NCBI GenBank assembly: GCA_002104905.1
Contig: MCFE01000165.1
Coordinates: forward strand, 62,001 to 126,000
Source of the DNA: Basidiobolus meristosporus CBS 931.73
Taxonomy: Eukaryota > Fungi > Basidiobolomycota
Length of the DNA: 64,000 nt
Direction: 5' to 3'
Notes under the pieces: model-generated
Told to the model about the DNA's origin: nothing
Seen by the model: only the letters and a program-made list of their open reading frames with translations
Databases searched by the model: none
Shown here: in pieces, positions 27,701 to 41,268 of the stretch
Numbering within the stretch: position 1 is the stretch's first letter
Layout: each line of letters begins with the position of its first letter
Translations under genes and position numbers: made by a program

Positions 27701-28143
27701 TGATGGGTTTGCTGACCAAGATAGCCCCCATTTGGTCTGCAAGCTTAAAAAATCTCCCTATGGTCTGAAGCAATCAACAAGTGCCTGGAATTACATGAAA
27801 GATTCTTAGTTGGAATCTTTGGTCTCAAAGGAATAGTGCCATCTATGGTATAAACTATTAGCCAGATAGAGCAAGTTCAGTACTATTTTGCTCTATCTAA
27901 ATATGATCTTATTATAGCTGCCAATAATCTAGCAACATCAGAAGAGACTATATTCAGCCTATCTAAGGAGTTCAAGATGTCCAATCTAGGAGAACTCAGT
28001 TACTACTTAAGGATAAAGTTTTCCATAGACAGAAGTACCCAGACTATGACCCTGAGCCAATCCAAGTATATTCAAGATATACTAAAGAAGTACCAGATGG
28101 AAGACTGTAAACCAGCAGCTACACCAATGGAGACAAACCTTAA
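24790..28143 (+). mobile_element. Degenerate Copia B (LTR 24790-25152, gag, PR, IN, RT part), cut by the CACTA insertion
   Basis: LTR homology; gag ORFs 25262-25936; RT remnants 27600-28143. Confidence 0.88.
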
Positions 28144-29820
28144 CACTATGAAAAATAATTTGGTCCCATGGGTGGATCCAATCCAGATCAGCTGTCAGGA
28201 TCCCATATAGAGACTGTCATAATACCAACAGCTTGGAATTAGTGACCCTCTTAACCATCTTATTTCAGGATCATGATGGCATCCTGCTAATTTTACTACC
28301 AAATAAAGTGATATAACTTGACAAGATTTGATTGGTGCTGTGACAATAATTGCATGGTATGTTGCAATTTTATTGTGCTCAACAACTATTTTAAATGGAT
28401 ACAGCTAGCCAGGACACCCATTTGCCTTATATGGCAAGAAACTTGATGGTATTTTGATGGCCTCACAGCAGGACTCTGATGGCATTGTAATGGCAGTATG
28501 GCTGCCTACAGCTAGTTCTGTTTAATGCTACCATACCAATTTACCAAAAGGTATTTGCTTTTTCTACCTCCCCTTGTGCTATTCATATATTCCACAGACT
28601 CCTCAGGCTCTCATTCAAGTAGGCAATTGAGAACCTCTGCAGAGCCACAAGCTGACCATTATGCCCAGGCAGATGATAATGTTGCAAATGCAGTACCCCC
28701 AGTTGAAGACCAGCAAGTGGCCATGTGAACATCACCGCCACCCATATTAGCAAGTAAGTTGTCAGCTCATACCAGAGCATTAATGAAGCAATTAGGTGCA
28801 GTGGCTGATAGGATACATGCATTGGCCCAGGGAAATCAGGAAATAGTCCAGAAACAGGATGAGTAGATAATATTTGTAGAGCAATCAATATTCCAGGTAG
28901 AGAAAGCAGTATCTTTGCTGCAAAGAAGGAACTTAAGTAGCTCAATGTCACAGCCAAGAATTGAGCCATTTCCCAATGTAACAGCAGGGGAACACCACAG
29001 AGTCTTTGAAGTGCAACAACAGTGCCCAAAGATAAAGCCCCCAGAAATGCCTATCACAGCATGGGAGGGAGACAATGTGGTGTTCATACCAAATCCAAAA
29101 AATCAAAAGACATAGAAGATTCTTGAAGCTGTTGAATGCAATAATGAAGAGTAGGCTAATATTCAAGAAGCCATCAGAAGTCTAGAACCCCATCACCTTA
29201 AAGCCAGCATACCCTGGGACCATCAGGAACTCAAGGCCAAGCAGAATGCACTTGACTTGTTCCATGAGCAATATCCTGGACTCAAAAGTGCAAAGAGATT
29301 TTGAGCCAGCATTGTTATGCAAAGAAAGTATCTTAAGAATAGCAGAAACTATCAAAGGCAGAAGAACAAGGGTGCTAAGGCTAAAAACCAGTGGCTTCCT
29401 CAAGAGCCTGTTACAAGCAGAGCCAAAAGCTCCAGACCAGCATCAAAGAGATGTTGGGTAACTGGAAGAGTGCCAATTAGAGACAAGCAGGCAGACACAG
29501 ATGCACCAGCATAACATTTATCAAGGAAAAAGCATAGTACCACCCAAGAAGCACTCAGTAAAAGTAGCAGTGAAGGACCAGGCAGTGATAAAAACCAGCA
29601 GCTTTTACAGGAGCCTGTCACAACTACAGTTGAGAGCTTGATACAGGTGGAAAAGCAATGACAGGCTGCCAGGAGAGTGACAGCAAGGGACAAGCAGGCC
29701 AAAACAGATGTGTCAGAGCAGAACTTATCAAGGAGAAATTGCAGTTCATTACAAGCAGCGCTCAGACAAAGTAGCAGTGAAAGACCTGGCAGTGATAAAG
29801 GAAAAGGTAAAGGCAAAAAT
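28144..29820 (+). mobile_element. CACTA/EnSpm element left end plus degenerate ORF X, copy 2
   Basis: Copia RT breaks exactly at CACTATGAAAAATAA; GGATCC/GATC subterminal repeats; ~400-codon broken frame ~28630-29820. Confidence 0.75.
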
Positions 29821-32800
29821 GTGCTTCTTTAGTATATCTTGAATATTCTTGAATTGGCTTGGGTGATAGCCATGGTACTTCTGTCCATAGAGAACTTAAT
29901 CCCAAAGTAGTAACTGAGTTCTTGTATATTGAACATCTTGAACTCCTACATAGGCTGGATTTAGTCTCTTCCAATGTTGCTAGGTTATTGACGGCTATAA
30001 TAAGATCATTCACATATAGAGCTAATAGAACTGGACTTGCTCTATTTGGCTATAGTATATACTATATTCAGCATTAATCCTTTTGAAACTCAGAGATTTC
30101 AAATAAGAATCTATCTTGCAATTCCAGGCTCTTGGTGATTGTTTGAGACCATATAGTGACTTTATAAGCTTGCAGACCAAATGGGGGCCATCTTAGTCAG
30201 CAAATGCATCAGGCTGGTCTATATACACATTCTCATCAAGCTCCCCATTCAAAAATGCATTTTTACATCCATTTGATGAATAAAAAACTTATATTTGGCT
30301 GCAATAGCCCATATTAATCTGATGGAATTAAACTTGGCTACTAGTACAAACGTATCAGTATAGTAAAGTCCTTTTGTTTGAGAGTATTCTTTGGCCACAA
30401 GTCTTGCATTTTACCTTTCAATTGTACCATCAGCCCTGCATTTTCTCTTGAAGACCCATCTGCATTCAATTTATTTTTGGTTGTTTGGTAATTAGGCTAA
30501 GTCCCAAGTTTGATTTTCCATCAGGGCCTGATATTCCTCAGTCATTGCAGATCTCCAAAACTTTGTCTGAGGACTATTTAGGGCCTCTTTTACAGTCTTA
30601 GGGTTCATCAATATGGACTGAATAGGCATAGGCTAAGTTTGTGCCCTCATTGATATAGTACTTTGGGCAATTTCTTGTCCAATTGGATCTCCAGGCACTT
30701 GATACTGGAATTATCACTTCTGGGATATTCCTGGGCACTGATTCTGGCTAAACCACAGTTTTTGAGTCCTCTGGAGAGAAGAATATTCATTGTTTTGCTC
30801 TTATTCAATCCTGACAATTGGTGGACTTGAGATCAGATTTTTGTCATCATCTGATGTCATTTTTTGTGAAAATTTAAATCTTCATCAAACAACACATCCC
30901 TGGACTTGGTTAGCTTTGTTGCTTTGGCATTGTACAGTCTGTATGCATTACTCTCATTGCAGTAACCCAAAAATATGCATTTTACACTTTTTGGTTCATA
31001 TTTGGACTAAGTTCCGGGCAGTTTCTTGGCATATGCTGTACACCCAAATATTCTTAAATATTCTGCACTTGGTCTATACCCATACCATGCTTCAAATGGA
31101 ATAGAACCACAAAGTATTCTGCTATAACTCATATTTTTAAGATATATAGCAATGGCAATTGATTCCGCCCAAATATCATAGGATAATTTTTGATCATGGA
31201 TCATAAATCTTGCCATATAAGTTATTGATCTGTAAGCACATTCTGCTACTCCATTTTGCTGTGGAGAGTATGGTACAGTATTCTCTTGCTTTATCCTGTG
31301 AATATTGCAGAAGTGGATGAAGAGTTTTGAGGCATATTTTCCACCATTGTCAGAGTGTATTTTCTTGATTTTTTTACCAGTTTCTCTCACCACAATGGCT
31401 TTGAGCTCCCTGAGCTTAGACAGAGCTTCTTTCTTTCTCTTTATGAAGTAGACCCATGTGTATCTTGTCTAATCATCAATAAATGTGATTAAATATCTCA
31501 ACCCACCTAAGGATAAATTTTGCATAGGTTCACACAGATATAAGTGAATTAGATCTAATTTTTGGTTTGTTTTAATTAACCCAGAGCACTTGAATGGTTG
31601 TCTAGCTTGTTTCCCATATATGCAGGCTTCACTGTGCTTCAAACTAGCTGGGGGATCAGCTTTTACTCTAGAAACTAGCTGATCTTTGATCATTTTGCGC
31701 AAATAATCAAAAATAATGTGCCCAAATCTCCTGTGCCAAAGCATTCAAGTTTCTTCATTTAAGTTACTTATATTGGCTTCCAGATATGATGGAATACAAG
31801 TCAACTTGTATGGTTACTTATCTCTGATATCCAAAGCAATACGTGCACCATTTTGATCAGTGACCTTGCATCCAGAATTGTCAAAGCTGAAACTGAGTCC
31901 TTCTGCCATGGCCTTGCTTACAGATAGTAATTTCCTGGCTATTTCTGGTACATAGAATACTTCCTTAAAGGTCAGTGTATGGCTTCCTTCACTGCTTCTT
32001 AGGCTTACCTGGATAGTTCCTTTGCCCACTGCATCAAGTATTCTGATTGTCACCCATAAAAACTTTCTTAATTTGAATTTCTTGATATTGGGTAAAATGT
32101 TCTTTTTAGTGTGTAAAGTGCTGAGATGCTCCAGAGTAAATGTACCACATCTATGAATCCTTGCTTGTGGTCATATTAGTGCAGATATGAATAATCTATC
32201 TTAAATTATTGCAGCATTTTCATATTCAGGCTTCTTTAGCTGATTAACTCGTTTTTTGATACACCAGTCTGATGTGTGTCCTTTCCTTTTGCAATAGTAG
32301 CAAAACAGGTTTCTGTTGCATTTGTAGGGTCCTGGGTACCTCCTTTGTTGGTTATCATTCCATATTAAAGCATTTTCTTCTTCCTTCTTATTTGCACTTG
32401 ATTTCTTAATTCTTCATCCTGAAGCCTTCCATATATGTATTTTAAGGTCAAATCTTCAGTTCTGGACTCTAGGGCTGATACAAGGCCCTGAAGCTTGTCT
32501 TTCAGGCTATTCAGGATGGTATCTAGCACATCCTCATCAGTAATTGCTATGCCCACAAATTCCATTTCATCTGCCAGCAGGGTAATTCTGTTAATTTTAT
32601 TTTTCATATCTATGCCTGGCTGCATCTTTGTAGTAAAGATTTTTTTTCTCAGATACATTTTCTTGGCAGCTGAACATAACTGGTGGGTGTCTTCTAATGC
32701 CTTCCAGTCATTCTTTGCTGGTTTGCTCTTGAGCATTGAATTAGCAGTTTGTCTTTAATGTTAAGGCAATTGTAGTTAAAGGCACTTTGTTCTTTTTTCT

Positions 32801-33205
32801 GGTACTTCAAGGCTTCCTCTCCCATGTTTTTAGGAGGGCATTCTTTGTTGTAAGAGTCTTGGAGATATTGGAAGTGATTTGGAGAACAAGTAGATTATGT
32901 GGTTTTCACTTAATGATTTATTGAATGTAAAAGTAGTATTTATACTTTTACCTGGTCTTGGCATTACAAACACGTAGAATAGGTTAAGGAAGCTCCCAAG
33001 AACATGTGTGCAAAGTTTGGGGCTGTTTGGACAACTTTGAGAATTTTCATGTCCTGGGTACCTGGCATTTTGGTGAAAATATTCTAAGTCAATCATGACA
33101 AGGAATTTGGTCAGTATTCTCTAGGATTTGAAGGTAATGATCTAAGTGACTAAGTAAGGTGAATATTTAGGTGGAAATAGGAATTTTTACAACACTCCCA
33201 CTCAG

Positions 33206-34717
33206 CTAAATGTTCATACTGACTAGTCCTAATTTTGACCTAAGATATTCAAACTTGTCTCTAGCTAATGGTTTGGTAAAAATGTCTGCAATCATTTCAT
33301 CTGTAGGACAGTAAACTAAGCTAACTAAGTTATTCTCTATAGCTTCACGTATGAAATGATGTCTAATATCTATGTGCTTGGTTCTAGCATGAAAAGTTGG
33401 ATTTCTACCTAATTGTATACATCCTTGATTATCTTGAAATAAAGTAATAGGCGTTTTTTGACATAGGCCTAAATCTGTAAGCAGCTTTCTTAACCACATT
33501 GCTTCTTTTGTAGCTTCACAGGCTGCCATATACTCTGCCTCTGTGGTGGAAAGTGCTACAGTTGGTTGTTTTCTTGAATTACATGAAATTGCTCCTTTAC
33601 AGTAAAGAAAGGTGTATCCTGTGGTGGATCTTCTGTCTTCCAAATTTTGTCCCCAATCAGCATCAGAGTATCCCACAAGATCCTGTTCTGAATCCTTATA
33701 AGTGTATCTTAAGCAGATATCAGCAGTTCCTTTTAGGTATCTAAAAATCCGCTTAACTGCTGCAATATGATCAGATCCATAATTCTGATTATGCTGGCTG
33801 ACAACTCCCACTGAATATGAGATATCTGGACGTGTTCCAAGCATGATATACATCAGACTGCCGACTGTAGATTGATAAGGAAAGTCAGGGCTTTCAGATG
33901 GCACCAAGCTCTCTTGATTTGGTTGAGCTTTGACCAAGTTAAGGTTTGTCTCCATCACGGTAGCTGCCAGTTTACAGTCTTCCATTTTGTACTTCTTTAG
34001 TATATCTTGAATATACTTGGATTGGCTTAGGGTAATTGTCTGGGTACTTCTGTCTATGGAGAACTTAATCCCTAAGTAGTAACTAAGTTCTCCTAGATTG
34101 GACATCTTGTACTCCTTAGATAGGCTGGATTTAGTCTCTTCCAATGTTTCTAGATTATTGGTGGCTATAATAAGATCATCCACATATAGAGCTAATAAAA
34201 CTGGATGTGCTCTATCTGGCTTATAGTATATACTATAGTCAGCATTACTTCTTTTGAAACTCAAAGATTCCAAATAAGAATCTATCTTGCAATTCCAGGC
34301 TCTTGGTGATTGTTTGAGACCATATAGTGACTTTTTTAGCTTGCAGACCAAATGAGGGTTATTTTGATCAACAAACCCATCAGGCTGGTCCATATACACA
34401 TCCTCATCAAGTTCTCCATTCAAAAATGCAGTCTTTACATCAATTTGATGAATAAAAAACTTATATTTGGCTGCAAGAGCCAATATTAATCCGATGGAAT
34501 TAAACTTGGCTACTGGTGCAAAGGTCTCAGTATAGTCAAGTCCTTTTGTTTGAGAGTATCCTTTGGCTACAAGTCCTGCTTTGTATCTTTCAATTGTACC
34601 ATCAGCCTTGTATTTTGTCTTGAAGACCCATCTGTATCCAATTGATTTTTGGTTGATTGGTAATTTGACTAAGTCCCAAGTTTGATTTTCCATCAGGGCC
34701 TGATATTCCTCAGTCAT
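33206..34717 (-). pseudogene. Copia B RT-RNase H (503 aa)
   Basis: ETFAPVAK, LYGLKQSPRAW, LYVDDL, GYSDADW, TKHIDIRHHFIRE. Confidence 0.95.
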
Positions 34718-34738
34718 TGCAGATCTCCAAAACTTTGT

Positions 34739-36229
34739 CTAAGGGCTATTTAGGGCCTCTTTTACAGTCTGGGGCTCATCAATATGGACTGAATAGGCAT
34801 AGGCTAAGTTTGTACCCTCATTGATATAGTAATTTGGGCTATTTCTTGTCCAATTTGATCTCCGGGCATTTGATACTGGAATGATCACTTCTGGGAAATT
34901 CCTGGGCACTGATTCTGGCTGAACCATGGTTGTAGAGTCCTCTGGAGTGGAAAAATTTTCATTGTTTTGCTGTGACTCAATCCTGACAATTGATGGACTT
35001 GAGATCAAATTTTTGTCATCATCTGATGTGATTTTTTGTGAAAATTTTGAATTTTCATCAAACAACACATCCCTGGACTTGATAAGCTTCATTGCTTTGG
35101 TATTGTAGAGACTGTATGCCTTACTCTCATTGCAGTAGCCCAAAAATATGCATTTTACACTTTTTGGCTCAAATTTTGACTGATTTCCGGCCAGTTTTTT
35201 GGCATATGCTGTACACCCAAATATTCTTAGATGTTCTGCACTTGGTCTGTATCCATACCATGCTTCAAATGGAGTAGAATCATAAAGTATTCTGTTATAA
35301 CTCCTATTTTTAAGATATACAGCAGTGGCAACTGATTCTGCCCAAAAATCAAAGGATAATTTTTGATCATGGATCATAGATCTTGCCATATCAATTATTG
35401 ATCTGTTAGCTTGTTCTGCTACTCCATTTTGCTGCGGGGAGTATGGTACAGTAGTCTCTTGCTTTATCCCATGAATTTTGCAGAAGTGGATGAAGAGTTT
35501 TGAGGTATATTCTCCACCATTGTCAGAGTGAATTTTCTTGATTTTTTCACCAGTTTCTTTCTCCACCATGGCTTTAAACTCCCTGAACTTAGACAGAGCT
35601 TCTTCCTTTCTCTCCATAAAGTAGACCCATGTGTAACTTGTACAATCATCAATAAAAGTGATTAGATACTTCATCCCGCCTAAGGATAAATTTTGCATAG
35701 GTCCACACAGATCTGAGTGAATTAGATCTAATTTTTTCTTAGTTTTGATTAACCCAGAGCTCTTGAACGGTTGTCTGGCTTGTTTCCCATATATGCAGGC
35801 TTCACAGTGCTCCAAATTAGCTGGGGGATCAATTTTCACTCCAGAAATTAGCTGATCTTTGATCATTTTGCGCAAATAATCAAAATTGATGTGTCCAAAT
35901 CTCCTGTGCCAAAGCATTGGTGTTTCTTCACTTAAGTTACTTATATTGGCTTCCAAATATGATGGAATATAAGTCAACTTGTATAGATTCTGATCTCTGA
36001 TGCCCAAAGCAATATGGGCACCATTTTGATCAGTGATCCTGCATCCAGAATTGTCAAAACTGAAACTGAGTCCTTCTGCTGTGGCCTTGCTTACAGAGAG
36101 TAGGTTCTTGGCTATTTCTGGTACATAGAGTACTTCTTTAAAGGTCAGTGTATGGCTTCCTTTACTGCTTCTAAGGTTTACTTGGATAGTTCCTTCTCCC
36201 ACTGCATCAAGTGTTCTATTGTCACCCAT
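34739..36229 (-). pseudogene. Copia B protease end, GAG-pre-integrase and integrase (496 aa)
   Basis: LWHRRFGH, HSDLCGPM, HSDNGGEY, PQQNGVAE. Confidence 0.93.
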
Positions 36230-36372
36230 GAAACCTTCTTAATTGGAATTTCTTGATATTGGGTAAAAAGTTCTTTTTAGTGTGTAAAGTGTTGAGAAGC
36301 TCCAGAGTCAATATACCACGTCTGAGAATCCTTGTTTGTGGTCATATTTAGTGCAGATATGAATAGTCTATC

Positions 36373-37177
36373 TTAAGTTGTTGCAGCATTTCCATATTCA
36401 GGCTTCTTTTGCTGATAATCTCTCTTATTGAAACACCGGTCTGATGTGTGTCCTTTCCTTTTGCAGTAGTTGCAAAATAGGTTGCTGTTGCCTTTGTAGG
36501 GTCTTGGATACCTCCTTTGTTGGTTATCATTGCTTATTAAAGCATTTTCTTCTTCCTTCTTATTGGCGCTTGATTTTCTTAATTCTTCATCCAGGAGCCT
36601 TCCATATACGTAATTTAAGGTCAAATCTTCAGTTCTGGACTCTAGGGCTGATACAAGGCCCTGAAACTTGTCTGTCAGGCTATTCAGGATGGTAACTATC
36701 ACATCCTCATCAGTAGTTGGTATGCCCAAAGATTCCATCTCATCTACCAGCAGGGTAATTCTGTTAATTAGATTTTTCATTTCTTCTCCTGGCAGCATCT
36801 TTGTAGTAAAGAATTTTTGTCTCAGATACATTTTCTTAGCAGCTGAACATGACTCCAAGGTGTCTTCTAATGCCTTCCAGGCATTCTTTGCCGTTTTTGC
36901 TCTTGAGCATTGAATTAGCAATTTGTCCTTAACATCAAGGCAAATGCAGTTAAAGGCACTTTGTTCTTTCTTCTGGTACTTCAAGGCTTCCTCTCCCACG
37001 TTTTTAGGAGGGCATTCTTCTCCCATGACAATATCCCAAAGGCCTCTTTCTTGTAGCAGCATCTTCATCTTCACCTTCCACACTTGGTAGTGAGATCCAT
37101 CCAACTTTTCAGCAGAGGGAAAAATTCCAGTAATAGCAGTAGTAGACATTGCAGGGAGTGACAGCTTGGGGCTCATA
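36373..37177 (-). pseudogene. Copia B gag
   Basis: UBN2-type gag and CNYCKRKGHTSDRC knuckle; ends at TAA before protease. Confidence 0.9.
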
Positions 37178-38049
37178 GCCTGTTGTAAGAGTCTTGGAGA
37201 TATTGGAAGTGATTTGGAGAACAAGTAGATTATGAGGTTTTCACTTAATGATTTATTGAATGTAAAAGTAGTATTTATACTTTTACCTGGTCTTGGCATT
37301 ACAAACACGTAGAATAGGTTAAGGAAGGTCCCAAGAACATGTGTGCAAAGTTTGGGGCTGTTTGGACAACTTTGAGAATTATCATGTTCTGGGTACCTGG
37401 CATTTTGGTGAAAATATTCTAAGTAAATCCCGACAAGGAATTTGGTCAGTATTCTCTAGGATTTGAAGGTAATGATCTAAGTGACTAAGTTAGGTGAATA
37501 TTTAGGTGGAAATACGAATTTTTACAACATTCTTCTCCCATGACAATATCCCAATGGCCTCTTTCTTGTAGCAGCATCTTCATCTTCACCTTCCACACTA
37601 GGTAGTGGGATCCATCCAGCTTTTCAGCTGAGGGAAAAATTCCAGTAGTAGCAGTAGTAGATATTGCAGAGAGTGACAGCTCAGGGCTCATAACCTGTTG
37701 TAAGAGTCTTGGAGATATCAGCAGTGATTGGGAGAACAAGTAGATTATGTGGTTTTCACTTAAGGATTTATTGAATGTAAAGTAGTATTTATACTTTTAC
37801 ATGGTCATGGCATAGCAAACACATAGAATGGGTTAAGGAAGCTCCCAAGAGCATGTGTGCAAAGTTTGGGGCTGTTTGGACAACCTTGAGAATTTTCATG
37901 TTCTGGGTGCCTGGTATTTTGGTGAAAATATTTCAAGTATATCCCAAACAGGAATTTGGTTGGTATTCTCTAGGACTCAAAGGTAATGATCTAAGTGACT
38001 AAGCTAGGTGAATATTTAGGTGGAATTACAAATTTTTACAACATTATTC

Positions 38050-38265
38050 AGTGAAAACCAGTTAATCTACTTGTCCTCTCATATCACTTCCAATATTGCC
38101 TAGACTCTTAGAACAGCAATATCAGGCCCTGATGGAAAAGCAACTTGGGACTTAGACAAATTACATGTTAGCCAAAAGTTGATTGGATGCAGATGGGTCT
38201 TTAAGACAAAGTGCAAGGTGAATGGTACAATTGAAAGATACAAAGTATGATTTGTGGCCAAAGGG
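38050..38265 (+). mobile_element. Copia B LTR tail (to ~38112) followed by an RT-start fragment
   Basis: Matches the family B LTR 3' end and the YQALMENQTWDL region. Confidence 0.7.
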
Positions 38266-41200
38266 TGTTGCAAAAATTTGTAATTCCACCTAAATAATCA
38301 CCTAACTTAGTCACTTAGATCATTGAACTCAAATCCTAGAAAATACTGACCAAATTCCTTGTTGGGATTCACTTGAAATATTTTCACCAAAATACCAGGC
38401 ACCCAGAGTATGAAATTCTCAAAGTTGTCCAAACAGCCCCAAACCTTGCACATATGCTCTTGGGACCTTTCTTAATCTATTTTACATGTTTGTTATGCCA
38501 AGACCATGTAAAAGTATAATACTACTTTATATTTAATAAATGATCAAGTTAAAACCACATAATCTACTTGTTCTCCCAATCACTGCAAAATCTCCAAGAC
38601 TCTACAACAGGTTATGAGCCCCAAGCTGTCACTCTCTGCAATATCTACTACTGCTACTACTGGAATTTTTCCCTCTGCTGAAAATTTGGATGGATCTCAC
38701 CACCAAGTGTGCAAGGTGTAGATGACAATGCTGCTTCAAGAAAGAGGCCTTTTGGATATTGTCATGGGAGAAGAATGCCCCCCTAAAAATACGGGAGAGG
38801 AAACCTTAAAGTACCAGAAAAAAGAACAAAGTGCCTTTAACTACATTTGCCTTAATGTTAATGACAAATTGCCAATTCAATGCTCAAGAGCAAAAACAGC
38901 AAAGAATGCCTGGAAGGCATTAGGAGACACCAACCAGTCATGTTCAGCTGCCAAGAAAATGTATCTGAGACAAAAATTCTTTACTACAAAGATGCAGCCA
39001 GGAGTAGATATGAAAAATCTAATTAACAGAATTACCCTGCTGGCAGATGAAATAGAATCTCTGGGCATAGCAATTACTGATGAGGATGTGCTAGTTACCA
39101 TCCTGAATAGCCTGAAAGACAAGCTTCAGGGCCTTGTATCAGCCCTAGAGTCCAGAACTGAAGATTTGACCTTAAAATACATATATGGAAGGCTCCTGGA
39201 TGAAGAATTAAGAAAATCAAGTGCCAATACAAAGGAAGAAGAAAATGCTTTAATAAGAAACAATAACCAACAAAGAAGGTACCCAGGACCCTACAAAGGC
39301 ACCAGCAACCTGTTTTGCAACTACTGCAAAAGGAAAGGACACACATCAGACTGGTGTATCAAAAAATGAGATAATCAGCAAAAGAAGCTTGAATATGGAA
39401 ATGCTGCAACAACTGAGGATAGACTAATCATATCTGCACTAATATGACCACAAGCAAAGATTCTCAGAAGTGGTATATTGACTTGGGAGCATCTCAGCAC
39501 TTTACCCACTAAAAGGAACTTTTTACCCAATATCAAGAAATTCAATTTAAGAAAGTTTTTATGGGTGAAAATAGAACACTTGATGCAGTGGGAGAAGGAA
39601 CTATCCAAGTAAGCCTAAGAAGCAATGAAGGAAGCCATACACTGACCTTTAAGGAAGTGTTCTATGTACCAGAAATAGCCAGGAAACTACTATCTGTAAG
39701 CAAGGCCACAGCAGAAGTACTCAGTTTCAGCTTTGACAATTCTGGATGCAGGATCACTGATCAGTATGGTGCCCATATTGCTTCAGGTATCAGAGATCAG
39801 AATCTATACAAGTTGACTTATATTCCATCATATCTGGAAGCCAATAGAAGTAATTTAAATGAAGAAACACCAATGATTTGGCACAGGAAATTTGGACACG
39901 TCAAATTTAAGTATTTGCGCAAAATGATCAAAGATCAGCTAATTTCTGGAGTAAAATAGATCCCCCAGCTAACTTGGAGCACTGTGAAGCCTGCATATAT
40001 GGGAAACAAGTCAGATAAGCGTTCAAGTGCTCTGGGTTAATTAAAACTAACAAAAAATTAGATCTAATTCACTCAGATCTGTGTTGACCTATGCAAAATT
40101 TGTCCTTAGGTGGGATGGTGTATTTGATCACATTTATTGATGCTTATACAAGATACATGTGGGTTTACTTCATGGAGAGAAAGGAAAAAAGCTCTGTCTA
40201 AGCTCAGGGATTTCAAAGCCATGGTGGAGAGAGAAACTGGTGAAAAAATCAAGCAAATATGCTCTGACAATGGTGGTGAATATACCTCAAAACTCTTCAT
40301 TCACTTTGGCAAAATTCATGGGATAGAGCAAGAGACAACCATACCATTCTCCTCACAGCAAAATGGAGAAGCAGAATGTGCTTACAGATCAATAGTTGAT
40401 ATGACAAGGTCTATGATCCATGATCAAGAATTATCCTATAGTTTTTGGGCAGAATCAGTTGCCACTGCTGTATACCTTAAAAATAGGAGTTATAACAGAA
40501 TACTTTGTGATTCTACTCCACTTGAAGCATGGTATGGGTACAGACCAAGTGCAGAGCATCTAAAAATATTTTGGTGTACTGTATATGCCAAGAAACTGCC
40601 CAGAAATCAGTCAAAATATGAGCCAAAAATTGTAACATGCATATTTTTGGGCTACTGCAATGAGAGTAAGGCATACAGTCTCTACAATACCAAAGCAAAG
40701 AAGCTGATCAAGTCCAGGGATGTGTTACTTGATGAAAATTCAAAATTTTCACAAAATATGACTTCAGATGATGACAAAAATTTGTTCTCAAGTACACCAA
40801 TTGTCAGGATGGAATCAGAGCAAAGCAATGAAAATTTTTTCACTCCAGAGAGCTCCACAACCATGGTTCAGCCAGAATCGGTGTCTAGGAATATCCCGGA
40901 AGTGATCATTCCAGTATCAAATGCCAGGATACCCAACCAGACAAGAAATAGCCCAAAGTACTATATCAATGAGGGTACAAACTTAGCCTATGCCTATTCA
41001 GTCCATATTGATGAGCCCCATACTGTAAAAGAGGCCCTAAATATCCCTCAGACAATGCTTTGTAGATCTTCAATGACTGAGGAATATTAGGCCATGATGG
41101 AAAATCAAACCTGGGACTTGGCCTAATTACCAAACAGCCAAAAATAAATTGGATGCAGATGGGTCTTCAAGAAAAAATACAAGGCTGATGGTACAATTAA

Positions 41201-41268
41201 AAGATAAAATGCAAGACTTGTGACCAAAGAATACTCTCAAACAAAAGGACTTGACTATACTGATACCT
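38266..41268 (+). mobile_element. Copia B, 5' LTR 38266-38609, PBS, gag, PR, IN, truncated early in RT
   Basis: LTR, PBS GGTTATGAGCCCC, ORFs 38722-39369, 39561-39959, 40137-41090. Confidence 0.93.

Larger units (their letters stand above)
32846..37529 (-). mobile_element. Full-length Copia B (4684 bp), youngest element in the window
   Basis: LTRs 37181-37529 and 32846-33194 (~9 differences in 349 bp by eye); TSD TTCTT; PBS GGCTATGAGCCCC; PPT; only ~4 coding lesions. Confidence 0.98.
29821..38043 (-). mobile_element. Older Copia B (pieces 29821-32845 and 37530-38043; 5' LTR 37696-38043), 3'-truncated, host of a nested copy
   Basis: gag continuous across the TTCTT TSD; PBS at 37683-37695. Confidence 0.92.
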
